A stretch of DNA of 64,000 bases, from assembly GCF_018977255.1 (NCBI RefSeq), contig NW_024704821.1, forward strand, positions 124,001-188,000. Direction: 5' to 3'. Below the pieces are notes generated by a model. The model saw only the letters and a program-made list of their open reading frames with translations, searched no databases and was not told the DNA's origin. A program made the translations under genes and the position numbers. The stretch comes from Callorhinchus milii. Taxonomy: Eukaryota. Positions 1 through 12,107 of this stretch are shown here, piece after piece; within the stretch, counting starts at the first letter, position 1; every line of letters starts with the position of its first letter.

Positions 1-639
1 ATCGATTGTATTATTTGACTGAACATTTAGCTGACTAAGAGCATTTTACACCAGTTCAACAATAAATTGGCATTTCTGTAAATCGAATCAGTCAGGAGGA
101 CGTCCCAAGCTAAATGTGCTCACAAGACATAAAAAAAGTAATCTTCATTATTCTTCTTTAACATCAATACGTTGATTTGTTTTGTTTCTCTCGTGACTTG
201 CCGAAGAGAATGTACATGCGTTTGATGTTTGCTTTGTTTCCACGCATCAATTAATCTGTTATCACTACACAATCTGGAATGAATGGATTATCTGTAAACC
301 AAACATCAACGTAGAGCACTATCACCGTCAGGTTTTGTCGAAGATCACAGAGCCCTGAACTTCTCCGTGTTTCTACGCCACAGAAAAGTGACAGCATTAA
401 TTACAGACAGTCTGGAAACGATTCATCAGTTTTATTAAAGTGAATACCACTGGGCCCTGAGGCTGTGTAAATCTCGGGCTCAGATGCCCATCCTTATTTC
501 CATTTAATCATCCTCAGATCGCAACTGATGATCTTCCGTCACCACTCTGCCTCCTGTCACCAGCCTTTACCCTGGTTCCTTGACAACCTATATCACTGTT
601 ATGCACTGCGAAACGCCCCATTGCGTGGAAATCGCTAAA

Positions 640-965
640 TAGGAACCAGAGGAGGCCTTTCAGTCACTCGAGATGGTTGTAACGTTATATTACACCATGG
701 CTCACCTATCTCTCCACATAAAATACCCCCCTTTTCCGCGTATCCATTCAAATTCTGAGCGAAAATAAATGTATCCAACTGAGTCTGGAAAATGTGAATG
801 AATCAACATCCACGGCTTCTTTGTGGAAGATTTCCAGATTTCATTAACAAGTTCGCAATTTTTTTCTCCCAGTTTCTTTCCTAACTGGCCTCCTCTGATT
901 CTTAGCTAATGCACACTTGATCTGCATTGCCCCACCAACCAGAAGAAATATTTCCTCTTTAAATA
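640..965 (-). mobile_element. Degenerate CR1 LINE 3' fragment
   Basis: Resembles the antisense 3' end of shark CR1 as I recall it (..CATGGCT..ATCCAACTGAGTCTGG..TTCCAGATTTC..); shared with 19125, 32115 and 46480. Confidence 0.6.
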
Positions 966-1124
966 GCGGAAACATTTTCCCTGTTGACAGCAAAAATGTG
1001 CCCTCTTGTTTTGCTGTTTACTTACTTAAGGTAACACCACATAAAGAACTTTGCAGGTAGCAGCGCTCCCCATGAAGAAAGACATTTCTAAGTATTTTTG
1101 TACAATAACATGACCATAGTTAAT

Positions 1125-1480
1125 AACAACAATAATAATAATAAACATGTTTGCATTTGATATATTGCCATATTATATTTCCGTGATGGCCACACAGTGC
1201 TTCATACATTACACTGCTTTCGCGTTGAATGCATGTTGTCAGGGCGAAGCACGGCAACATTGGATAAGGTGATCAATTGATTGTTGATATTATTATTTCG
1301 ATGGAATTATTACACCTGGAAAATCCATAGGCTGATCGACTAACAATCGGCTTCCTTCTTGGTAATCAGAGACGTGGGTGTGGAGTTCGGAAAGTTGCAC
1401 AATGATTCGTTTTGCAGGCAATCGAACCCATGTCTCACGCTTGAGAGTCGAGTGCTATAATCATTGAGCTACAGCACTCC
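1125..1480 (-). mobile_element. tRNA-SINE starting 7 bp behind the V1 nonamer
   Basis: Head GGAGTGCTGTAGCTCAATG..GGGTTCGATTGCC; degenerate body and AAT-repeat tail. Equivalent copies start at 6652, 19614, 24757, 33012, 36892, 47337 and 53454. Confidence 0.75.
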
Positions 1481-1526
1481 ATACGGCAGTTTTTGTAGGG
1501 CGGAATCGCTGATCTGAGCCTCTGTG

Positions 1527-2621
1527 GGGCTCAGTGCACAGTAATACACCGCGGAGTCTGTAACTCTCACTTGGATTATATTTAATGGGACGGTACTTCT
1601 CTCTTGATCAGCATTCACTGAGAAACGTTCTGTTGCAAAGTCCGCATGTTTCTGGTTCTTGTTGCCTTTGTCTGTCCTGATGATATATTCTGGAGTTTTT
1701 TCGGGATACTGACGGTACCAGAAAAGATATTCAGAGCCGTAGCCTGCAGCTGTATAATTACATTGCAGATAAACTTCCTCCCCTTCATTCACTATCACGG
1801 TAGATTGGGGCTGTGATACAGCGTCTGCTCCAACATATCCTGGAAAACAGACACACATCAGCCTTCAATACAATAGCAATAATAATAATCATTGCATTTA
1901 ATGCAGCACCTTGACGCGTCACCCAGCGCTTCACAGAATATACTGCGACTATGCATTTTGGTGGCGAAACATGGCAGTCGATTGCGCACAACTTTCTCCC
2001 ACAAACGGTCTTGAATTGAATGATCTTACAATCGTCTAACATAGCGTACCTACTTCCTGCTGCGTAAAGATAATAATAATAATCCTTGCATTTGATATAG
2101 AGCTTTTCACGTCAGGACAACGTCCCAAAGCGCTTCACAGAACACACTGTAAAGTGAATTGACTGTATATTTGTGGGCGAACGTGGCAGCCAATTGCGCA
2201 CAGCAATGTCCCACAAACAGTCGTACATTGAAATTGACCAATCTATTATTATTTTTGGTTTTGGAGGGTTTATTATTAGATGTGTCAAGTAGGAAAACTT
2301 GCCCAAGGTTTCGCCCTCTGCCTGGAATTGAACTCAGGTATTTCGCTTCCAAAGCGAGTGCTCTAACCACTGAGCTACAGGACTCCACAATAGGTGTGTG
2401 TAAGGAGTAAAGAAAATTGCCTTAGCTTTCGCCATGTACTCCTGCACAACTCCTAACGCTTGCTTGGCCAGTTCACGCGATGCGATGAATGGTGCAGCGA
2501 ATTGGATAGTTTATGCAATAAAACTAAAATTTTGGATTAAATGTGCAGGAACCATTCTGAAAGAATGAGTTGATCGCTTACCTGACAAGGTAATGATGGC
2601 TGCTGCCAGATAGATGTACAT
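1527..2621 (-). CDS. TCR alpha/delta-type V segment V1 (family A), apparently functional
   Basis: Leader exon 2621-2582 (MYIYLAAAIITLS, GT donor); V exon 1839-1527 after AG acceptor with C23, W41 (YLFWYRQ) and C104 (DSAVYYCALS). RSS: CACAGAG 1526-1520, 23-bp spacer, ACAAAAACT 1496-1488. Confidence 0.93.
2070..2386 (-). mobile_element. Near full-length tRNA-derived SINE in the V1 intron
   Basis: Reverse complement of the same SINE family; head GGAGTCCTGTAGCTCAGTGG at 2386, (TAT)n tail near 2070. Confidence 0.85.
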
Positions 2622-2639
2622 TGCTATATGTATTTAATG

Positions 2640-2860
2640 GCGCGGGGCGTTGAGATAGCGTTGTTGGTGTAGTTGGAGAAAGTTGGCTGAGAGGCTATAA
2701 GCTACCGTGAGGAGGGCTGAACAGGAAATGACAAACAGAAGTTATCATATACTGTGAGGGAGCAGGTCTGAGGGTTATGCACAAACCTTGTATCTCTGTC
2801 ATTGTGTATCATCTCCGCTGCACTGCCATCTGGCTCCTCCATTGGTCCTCTCTCATCCCT
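2640..2860 (-). promoter_or_regulatory. Conserved family-A proximal promoter (representative copy)
   Basis: The block upstream of A leaders (GGGGCGTTGAG, CTGTGAGGGAGCAGGTCTG, minus-strand CCAAT near 2840) recurs upstream of V3, V8, V10, V13, V15, V19 and V22. Confidence 0.5.
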
Positions 2861-3384
2861 AACATGTCTTCGTTCAGCCGGGTGTCTGACGCATGCAGAC
2901 ACTTGCACCCATATTTAAGTTCATCCAAAATGAATGCATGATTTTCACACATATGTGCCATCTGTGCGTCTGGATGTGCCTCTGGAAAGTCACTACCTCT
3001 TTCTCTCTGGAGGAACATATACGGTTTGCTTAATATCGCAGCTAACCAGTTGCTGACAGGCAACAGATGAGACGAGGGGAGGTCAATTTGTTTTGGGCTG
3101 CATTCTGATGACATAGTCATTAAATCTCTTATGGTTAGTTTTCACGTTTGATGACGGCAACTGTCTGCTGGTAGGACAAACTCTCTCTTTAGATCGAAGC
3201 CTCTTGCAAGGCGACTCCTTTAACCACTAGACTACAGGACTCCACAGCTTCCGGACACCACCCTTTCTGCTTTAATTGTGTAACCACATCAGTCTGTTGA
3301 ACGCACCAATTTAAAGGTGTCAGAGAAAATCATGATTTCCTGCTGACTTTTTGTACGGGGAATCTGTCTTCCTGCAACATTGTG

Positions 3385-4559
3385 GGCTCCAGGGCACAGT
3401 AGTAGACACTGCTGTCACCCACAACAGCCCTGTGTATCTGCAGATTCATTATTCTATTCCTTTTGTTCACGTAGGCAGCGAAACGGTGAGGAAGACCAGG
3501 AGGTTTGTCTACTCTTCCAGAGGTATATATGCTGAGGAAATACTGAGGTGCTCCATCTGGATATTGCCTGTACCAGAGAATTGTTTCCAATCTTGAAATA
3601 TTGCAGTTGAGTGTTACGTCTTGGCCTTCAATTTCTGTTATCTCGGGAATATTTGGGGATATCACATCTTGCCCGCCGACTTCTGCAACAACAGCTTATT
3701 TTAGTTTAACAGGATACTGAACCGTTCAATTTACAGGATATTCTGGTAAATGCTTTCAAATGGCATCAATACTAATTGCGTTCGACATCACACAATTGAG
3801 ACTTCTGTAAACCATCCGCGGTATGTAGTGTAAAGTGAACCGATCATGTATTTTGTGGGTGATCAGTGGCTGATAAACATGCACAGTGACGCCCTATAAA
3901 CATCCGTGGAATGAGTGACCCATTTATTATTCCCCTCTGCTGAAGCACGGTTACACTCAGAGAGCAAACCTGCAATCGTCTAACACCTGGGATCCCACTT
4001 AATAAATGTGAAACAGAGGCCTGAGTCTGAAATGCGGAAACTTCGCTGAGGTCTCCCGCTGTCCTGCCCGGGAATCGAAGCTGTGTCCTCTATCTTGGAG
4101 TCCTGTAGCTCAGTGGTTAGAGCACTCGCTTTGCAAGCGAGAGACCTGAGTTCAATTCCAGGCAGAGGGCGAAACCTTGGGCAAGTTTCCTTACTCCACA
4201 CAGAGCCTAATAATAATCCCTCCAAAAACAAAAACAATAATAAATTGGTCATTCTCAATCTACGACTGTTTGTGGGACATTGCTGTGCGCAATCGGCTGC
4301 CGCGTTCGCCCACAAATATACAGTCAATTCACTTGACAGTATATTCTGTGAAGCGCTTTGGGACGTCCTCCCGACGTGAAAAGCGCTATATCAAAAGCAA
4401 GGATTATTATTATTATTATTATTATTATCTTGCGAAGCGAGCTCTCCAATTACTTCACTTCTAATACTATATAGTGCACAAATCATGCGCTGGGCATGTG
4501 CACACATACTTACCGGCTATGGTGAGGATTGCTATCAGTAACTCGCAGAGAGCTGTCAT
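3385..4559 (-). CDS. TCR V segment V2 (family B), apparently functional
   Basis: Leader 4559-4514 (MTALCELLIAILTIA); V exon 3682-3385 (QDV..LNC..LWYRQ..DSSVYYCALE). RSS: CACAATG 3384-3378, 23 bp, ACAAAAAGT 3354-3346. Confidence 0.92.
4097..4428 (+). mobile_element. Near full-length tRNA-derived SINE in the V2 intron
   Basis: A box TAGCTCAGTGG, B box GTTCAATTCC, central TGCTGTGCGCAATCGGCTGCCGCG domain (Deu-like by recall, not searched), L2-like tail GTGAAGCGCTTTGGGACG..AGCGCTATAT and (TAT)n end. Confidence 0.85.
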
Positions 4560-5519
4560 GTTGGCTGCTGAGGTGTGGACAGATAATGGACTCTCTTCCT
4601 TTGTATATCGCTGTGTTGCTGCTTCAGTGACAAGATGTGAGGAAGCGGCTGATCTGACGCGTTCAGTGGTTTACTGTGTACAATTGTAGGCGTTTTCCGC
4701 AAACCAGAGGATCTTGAACTTGATTTTCTGGCGACTATTAGCCAATGGGTCTGGGTTTTGTATTGTTTGGGAACATAGAGTAGCGTTTCACCTACAAAGA
4801 ATGTATTTACAGTATTTGCTGGGAAGTGCTTTGACACGCCTCGAAGAAGTGATAACACGCTCTAACTGTCATTGCATTAATGTTGTTGATGCTGAACCAT
4901 GCAGACTAGCCTAAAGGAAAACAGATTTACTTTCTCTCTTCACGGCTAAGGTGAATATGCGCCTCTGATGCTGATAATATTTGGAGTCACAATGTTTTTG
5001 TCTCGGGACCCACGTCGACACTTTGAGCTCACACTCCAGACATACAGTCAAAGTCAACACTGTATGAGGCCTGAATTGTCAGTAACACCCAGATAAGTGC
5101 CATCGCCGAATTTATTATATTTATGTGGAATCACTGTGCGCAAATGCCCTAGTTTGCTTGCCTATAAATTGCAGTAACGTATTTTTCAGCAGCTGACATT
5201 AACCTCTTTGAAAAACCTTCAACATGAAAGACGCTATATGAAAGGCAACGATTATTATATTTTATCGCTGTCCAGATCTGTGTTGATTTACGTCGAAGAC
5301 ATAGCAACAATATAAGATAGTTCTTCAATTCCTATATCAAACTAAATTAGGTCAGTGTTAATCTTCTTCCCAAATTAATACAAAACAAATCATTATAATG
5401 CGTGAAAATGTATTCATGTATTGGCCTACAGCATACTATGAATACTTTTTTACAGAAACGAATATTAAATGCTTGGCCACAGCCTCCAACTTAAAAGACG
5501 CTGTATCAGGTGCAAGTAT

Positions 5520-5635
5520 TATGATTATTATGATTTATCATAATAATTATTATATTTTTTATTATAATATTATTATTATAATTATTATTATCTTTACTAT
5601 TACTGTTATAATTATTATAATTATTGTGATTCTTA
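5520..5635. repeat. Imperfect (ATT)n low-complexity tract
   Basis: Runs of att/tat; a shorter paralog lies at 23650-23735. Confidence 0.85.
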
Positions 5636-5899
5636 TCGTTTTCCCGTCCTTCTTAGCATTGCATCAAACTAAGGAATCTACAAACTCAGATGTCCAAATT
5701 AAATTAAACAAAGTGAGCTTTAATCTTCTTCTGAAATTAAACAAAAGCTGATGTCCATATTACCGTTAACAACATCAAACACATTTATTACCGCAGTGAC
5801 ATCCACTGAAGGGCCACTGCTTATTTGGGAGAAAGATAATAAAATACAAAATATGCAATTGAAATTGCTTCCTGAGCAGCCGAAAGCCATGCTTTAAAC

Positions 5900-6085
5900 A
5901 AAGTTTGTACTTTACATTTGAAGCAGCCATAGCTTGTATGAGGGAACTATGTCAACTGTACCAGGAAGCACCTGTTGTTGCTGCCAAGAAAGTTAGTTCC
6001 AGAAAGAAACGTGTCAATTTATGAGAGTTACAGCTCCTGTTCTATATTTAGTTCGCCATCTGCTGGTGTACTGTAGCTGCAGCAC
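5900..6085 (-). promoter_or_regulatory. Conserved Ets/E-box/CTCF-like module, copy 1
   Basis: AGGAAGCACCTG 5963-5974; CTCF-like CCAGCAGATGGCG on minus at 6066-6054. Confidence 0.6.
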
Positions 6086-6697
6086 GAGTGCAATTGGAGA
6101 CATCTGATTGTAAATTGTTTTTACACCATTTTATATTTAGAATTGTGAATGGCGCTATATAGTACTAAGTTGTTTTGACGTTTTCGTACTTATTAACTTG
6201 CCAAAGGAAAACACGTGCATATGGTAGAACTTCTCAGAATGTAAGACGTTTTAGGTAATTTCTGTGAGTATAAGATGATTATATATAATAATAATCATTG
6301 CATTATTGCTTTGGATATAGCGCTTATCACGCCTACAAAACGCCTCCAAGTGCTTCACAGAATATGTTGTAAACTAGTTGACTGCATATTGTGTAGCCGA
6401 AGCACAGCACCATATTGCTCACGTCAATCTCCCTTTGGATTGAGGGATCAATTTATTATTACCACTATGTTGAAGAACTTATCACAGCTGGAAAAAGATT
6501 CAACATGGACCAACAACCACACTGCAAGGTAACCAGAGGTGTGTTGCTGCGTGGAGTAGGGAAACTTGCACAATGATTGGTTCTGGTGGCAATCGAAACC
6601 AGTTGGTGTCGTTTGCGAGGCGAGTGCTCCGACTATTGAGCTACACGACTGCACTTGTCAGTTTTTGTACAGCTAATCACTGCTCTACGCCACTGTG

Positions 6698-7571
6698 GGG
6701 CTCAGTGCACTGTAATACCCCGCGGAGTCTGTAACTCTCACATGGGATATATTTAATGGGACGGTTCGCTCCGCTTTAGACACATTCGTTGAAAAGCGTT
6801 CCTTTGCGAAGTCCGCGTGATCCGGGAACTTGTTGCTGGTGTCTGTTCTAAGGATATATTCTGGAGGTTTGTTGGGACAGTGACGGTACCAGAACAGATA
6901 GGGATTATTGTCGTTTGTAGCTGTGTAATTACACTGCAGATAAACAGTCTCCCTTCTTTCACTGTTACAGTAGCTTGGAGCTGTGTCACAGAGTCTGCTC
7001 CACAATGTCCTGAAAAACAGAGAGATATCAGCGTTCAACACAACAGCAACAACGGCAATAAAATCGATTTAATAATTGGATTTGTTGTGGCCGCTAATCA
7101 CATGGTTCAGACGTCTGCAAATGCTTCACAGAATATATCTTTGCTTTGTAGTTTGTGGGCGAAACGTGGCAGGTAATTGCGCGCAACATTCTCCACAAAG
7201 AGCATTGCATTGAATGAACGCATTCTTATTGTTATCAAAATTACAATTATTTTTAAGCATTATTTCCCCCGAAATCTGATCCAATTAAAAAATGTGTAGC
7301 TATTTAGCGCTGGGTAAACAGAGGTTTGTATTTGTAGTGTGAGGAAACTCGCTCATGTCACGCCGGGAACCGAACCCATTCCTCACGCTTCCGAGGCCAG
7401 TTCGCTATCCGCTGAGCAACAGGACTACATGAGTCATGCAGCATATTGGATATTTAATGCAATATAACATAGACATTGGAGGATATGTGCAGTAACCAGA
7501 CGGATAGATCTAATGTATGGTTTACCTGACAAGGCAATGATGGCTGCTGCCACATAGATATACATTGTCAT
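6698..7571 (-). pseudogene. TCR V segment V3 (family A), C104S plus -1 frameshift
   Basis: Leader 7571-7526; V exon 7009-6698 is 312 nt versus 313 in paralogs, with a G missing at 6951-6953; YYSALS replaces YYCALS. RSS: CACAGTG 6697-6691, 22-bp spacer, ACAAAAACT 6668-6660. Confidence 0.88.
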
Positions 7572-8811
7572 GTGTATGTATTGGCGCGGGGCGTTGAGAA
7601 AGCGTTGATGGTGTCGTTTGAGAATATTGGCTGGAAGGTAGTAAGATACCATGAGGAGGGCTGCACAGCAAATGACATATAGCAGTTGCTATATACTGTG
7701 AGGGAGCAGGTCTGTGTGTTATATACAAACCTCGTGTCTCTGTCATTTTGCGTCATCTTCCCTGCACTGCCATCTCCCTCCTCCATTGGTTCTTTTCCAT
7801 CAAGGATATGTTTTTGTTCAGCTGGGTGTCTGACAGCTGCTGCGAGTTGAACCCATATTTAGGTTCATCCAAAACATATGCTTGAGTTCTGCCTATGAAT
7901 GCCATCTGTGCATGAAAATAAATGAATAAATAAATGTGGAAAGGAACTTGATTTATGTCCCTGGTTTGTTATGTTTCGCAGTGTACTTGGCGCAGAATGG
8001 CAAGAAACACGACTTGGGGAGGCAAACCTAACTTGAGCTACATTCAGATTATGTAATCAATAATTCACTTTTATTATTAATGTCTAGTATGATTACGCCA
8101 GCTGTCTGCTGGCATGGTTACCCTCCTTCCTTCAGAATCCACAGAGTATCCACAAGTTTGCATCTATAACAACAGCAATGATAGCATTTGATGTATCTCT
8201 CCCTCTTGACATCAAGATCTCGCAAAGGCCTTCACAGTATATAATGGTAACAATCATTATAACTGTTATTGGGTTTCATATACCGCCTAGTCACATCTTA
8301 TAGTAGTCTCAACGGACCTCAGCGAGTATGCAACAATAACAAAGATACATTTTTAAATTGTATTACATTCAAGCGAAATCATTGATTATTTTTCGCGCGA
8401 AATAAGGCAGCCAATTGAGCTAAGCCATGTCCCTTGAGCAATCTTGTGTTGAATGACTAAATTCTCTTAATTATTATACTTTTAAAAACAGGTTTGAGGG
8501 ATTATTCCACGCAGCAATGCAATCTGACAATCGACTGAGCGAGCTTTTTCCTTCTTACTGCTATGTAAAACGAAGGTTGCGTGTGGAGTAGAGAAATTTG
8601 TTTCTTCCTGTCTCGCCTTGGAATTGAGCCCAGGTCCTCTCGTTCAAAAAAAATAAGCTACAAGAAACCACAATCCTGCAGACATAATACGAAAGTGCCG
8701 TCATTAACAAAAAAGTTGAGGCTGATCAGTTATTGTGATGAACAAAAGGGGAATTGCTGGCTGATCTCTGGAGGTTTTTACAAGGCCTCTCTATGTGATT
8801 GACTCACTGTG

Positions 8812-8975
8812 TCTGCCCTTTACCAGTAGGTGCCTTCTTTGCCTGTAATTCTCAGATTACTGCTCCTGTCTCTGCAGTTCATTGCATTCATTTCATCCTT
8901 TCTTTCTGCTGCTCTCCTGGCGTTCCATTTACCAAGTGTTTGAGTGTCTCGTTGGGATACTGTCTGTACCATTGT
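8812..8975 (-). pseudogene. Degenerate 5'-truncated V remnant (family D)
   Basis: Reverse strand reads QWYRQYPNETLKHLVNGTPGEQQKER with stops on both sides. RSS: CACAGTG 8811-8805, 23 bp, decayed nonamer GTAAAAACC 8781-8773. No leader; the 5' part is replaced by the SINE behind the V4 RSS. Confidence 0.85.
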
Positions 8976-8984
8976 TAGGCTTCA

Positions 8985-9144
8985 TTCTGTCCACCAATCG
9001 ACTTGCAACCAGGTTCCTACATATCGACAGGTAAACAGGCGCATGTGGAGTAAGGAAATTTGCCCACCGTTTTGCCTTAACGGGAATCGAACCGAGGCCC
9101 CCTTTTGCGAGCGAGTGCTGTCACTATTCAGTTGCAGTACCTCC
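8985..9144 (-). mobile_element. tRNA-SINE head starting 4 bp behind the V4 nonamer
   Basis: GGAGGTACTGCAACTGAATAG..GGTTCGATTCCC. Equivalent copies start at ~13402, 27253, 41708, 56122 and 58767. Confidence 0.75.
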
Positions 9145-9187
9145 AGGATGTTTTTGTACAGGTGCCTCTTCGACACACAGCACTGTG

Positions 9188-9642
9188 CTCACCGCACACA
9201 AGTAAGCAGCGGTGTCTGTCGCTCGCACGTCTTGGATCGTTAGAGTGCTGTTTTTCTCTTTGCTATTAACCAAAGCTCTTATCCTGTCCTTCACGTTGAT
9301 ATCTCTTGTTCCCAAAACCAAGAACCGGATGGTGCCGTTTCCATACTGTGTGTACCACTGAAAGGTAGGGCTGGGCAAAGTGGTGGTGCACTCCAGAGAT
9401 ACATTTCCATTTTCGGTCGCTGTCACGGCCTGAGGTCTCTGTGTTACGTCGCTTTCAGCCAAAACACCTGGAAAACAGAAATGAACATGCTTAGAAATAA
9501 ATTCGGAACATATCTGCAACGAAAATTTGTAACTATTTAGCAGTAAAACAAGCATTTATGTGTCCAAACTCATACATTACTTACACTTCAAAAATATTGT
9601 TAAACTATAAATCATATATGTTGCTCTGTAATTGTGCTTCAT
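9188..9642 (-). CDS. TCR V segment V4 (family C), apparently functional
   Basis: Leader 9642-9585 (MKHNYRATYMIYSLTIFLK); V exon 9467-9188 (ESDVTQ..LEC..QWYTQ..DTAAYLCAVS). RSS: CACAGTG 9187-9181, 23 bp, ACAAAAACA 9157-9149. Confidence 0.92.
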
Positions 9643-10854
9643 TCTCAACACTCGTTGATTCACGTGAAAATCTTTCGCTGAAATGCAACGGAAAATCATC
9701 CATAGGTAGTGTCTGGTTTATGAACGTTCACTTGAGGAGTTATCTCTGATGCCCGCGTCATTATCTTTTCTCTGGTCATTGCTGGAGGTGTATTGCGACT
9801 CCTCCTATCGTTGATGTACAGATTCCCTTCGCCTCGCTGTGGCAAGCCACAGTAGTGTGTGAAAGATATTGTGTAGAGAGTCCGATTTACAAAGTCTCAA
9901 GGAACGAGACAAACAATAAAAATAATAATCCTTGCATTTGATATAGCGCCTCATCGCGTCTTTTAACTTATTGTTAAACCGGACATCTTTACGCCATTCG
10001 ACTAACAACGGGGTTTCTATTTAATGCTCCGTTAAACAGAATCTTTTGGATTAAGGAAACATTTCGCAAAGCTTAGAATCGTAACCGTGTATCCTGCTTC
10101 CGAGGCGAGTATTCTCACAACCAAACTATCGTTTGCTAAATGCACTTTGGCAAAGAGCACACATCTTGATAATTGGTCGACTTGAAGCAGCAGTATGTGA
10201 ACAACTGTGTGACAAAGGGAATGAAATCAAATGTTTCTCTGTGTTCCTTAGAAATCAGGTTTAGGATTCTTTCGGATATGCGGAATAGGTTTTCCAGTAA
10301 TCGTGGGAGTGATACACCCTAATATTGTGTCGACTGGTCACCTACAATTTGTAATAAACTTTTGTTTCCAATACTCTACGTTTCGAGTATATCTGTTGTT
10401 CAGAAAGGAAAGTGTAAAACAAGCAATGGGAATGCGATTGATGACCTCTGTGAAAACGATTCCAAAAGGGGTACAGAAACCTGCTTTATTGAACCATTAT
10501 TCACACGCTTTCAAGTCGGTGGTTAGTGAACAGAATATCAGCGCACGAGACGACACCCAGTGGTAATACAATACAATTTTTACCCTGAACAAATGATAAT
10601 AATATAAATGTTTGCATTCGATCCTCTGACTTATCATGATGCTAAGGCGTCTGAAATCGTTTCGCACAATATACTGCCGGAATGCATTGCCTGAAAGGGT
10701 GGTGGGAGCCAAATCGACAACATTTTAAGAGGGAAAGATTATACAGCAGAGAGATTGGATTAAGGGCGGCTGCTTATTTGGGGAAAGGTGACACCGAAGA
10801 TGCTTCTTGAGCAAACTAAGCCTTTTGTTGCTCATGCTTTGGAGAAAGCTTTGT

Positions 10855-11030
10855 ATTTTTCAGCTGAAGCAGCAATAGTGTATGAGGGAACCAATGCCAA
10901 CTGTAACAGGAAGCACCTGTTAGTGTTGCCAAGGCGAGCAGCAGAAAGGAACGTGACAAGTTATATCAGTTGCAGCTCATGTTAGATATGTGTTTGGTTC
11001 GCATTCTGCTGGTGAATTGCAGCTACATCA
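10855..11030 (-). promoter_or_regulatory. Ets/E-box/CTCF-like module, copy 2 (CTCF site degenerate)
   Basis: AGGAAGCACCTG 10908-10919; CCAGCAGAATGCG on minus at 11012-11000. Confidence 0.5.
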
Positions 11031-11657
11031 ACCTGTACAATTGGAGACAGTTGATAGCAAATAACTTTCAACCCATTTGGTAATTCCCGTTGTGTATGGC
11101 AGTATTTGAATCTGAGTTCTTGTGGTTGATGTCATCCTGCTGGGTATAACACCACAGAAAGGCACGCGCATGTGGTTGTCGGCATTGCCCAGGGAAGCAA
11201 GACTTTGAGTTTATTATTTCGACGATAACATGATTAAATTTAATTCGATTTATAATCTTTTCATTCGATATTGCACATTGTTACATCTTCCAGACGCCGC
11301 AAAGAGCTTCACGTTATACACTGTAAACGAATTGGTTGCATATTTCGTGAGCGAATTGCAGCAGCAAATTGTTAACTTCAGTGTCCCATTGGGTTGAGTG
11401 ACTAATTTGTCATTATTATTGAAGGAAATATTACACGACCTGCCCGGAATCGAAACAGGTACTTTCGCGCTAACCACTGAGCTACAGGACACCACCTGTC
11501 CTGCAGACATGACATGAACATGCCATTGTTAACAAGGAAATTGAGGGAGACTAAGAGGCGGTGGGTGCTGAGCAGTTATTGTAGTGAACAAGAGTGGAAT
11601 TGCTGACTGATCACTGGGGGTTTATGTGCGGCCTCTCTATGTGATTGTGTCACTGGG

Positions 11658-12107
11658 TCTCCACTGGACACAAGTAGGTGGCGGCGTCTGTCACTTCTGT
11701 GCCTGTGATGCTCAGATGACTGCCCTTCTCTTTATAGTTCATTTTTGCTGTGATCCTCTCCGTCTGCTGCTCTCCTGTCTTTCCTGTTACCAAGTGTTTG
11801 AGAGCCTGGTTCGGGTACTGTCTGTACCATTGTAAGACCTGATTGGTATCTGTTGTGGAACAGCTGATAAAAAACTTGTTCCTTCTCCCCAACAGTCACA
11901 GAGAGTGGCGTCTGGTAGACTTTCTCCTGACCACTGACTCCTGGTAAACGAAAGAAAATCTGTTATTGAAACTCACTCGTTAATTGTGGTCGAATTAAAC
12001 ACAATCTCTCACAATGGGCAAGCGACATTTGTCTGTGAAACATACTCACCCCAAAAGAACACGGCAGCTTTCAGGAGGATGAAGAGTAAAGTATATTCGC
12101 GATTCAT
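11658..12107 (-). pseudogene. TCR V segment V5 (family D), frameshift and mutated heptamer
   Basis: Leader 12107-12050 (MNREYTLLFILLKAAVFFW); V exon 11940-11658 is 283 nt versus 282, with an extra base in the run at 11869-11874; ends YLCPVE. Heptamer CCCAGTG 11657-11651, 23 bp, ACATAAACC 11627-11619. Confidence 0.88.

Noticed and set aside
1469-1526. ORF extensions beyond the V end (e.g. PTEAQISDSALQKLP)
   Set aside because: This is read-through of the RSS; it is conserved because it is the recombination signal, not protein.
4097-4170. tRNA-like sequence as a real tRNA gene
   Set aside because: It continues into the SINE body and tail, lacks a proper acceptor stem and terminator, and occurs as many decayed copies.
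2107-4464. Recurrent ORFs such as MESCSSVVRALAL.. / MTVYLWANAAA.. (also at 20.2-22.6 kb)
   Set aside because: They are chance reading frames through the tRNA-SINE on both strands, with no coding signature.
5398-5751. Ile-rich hydrophobic ORF resembling a membrane protein (also 23600-23854)
   Set aside because: It is a translation of the (ATT)n microsatellite.
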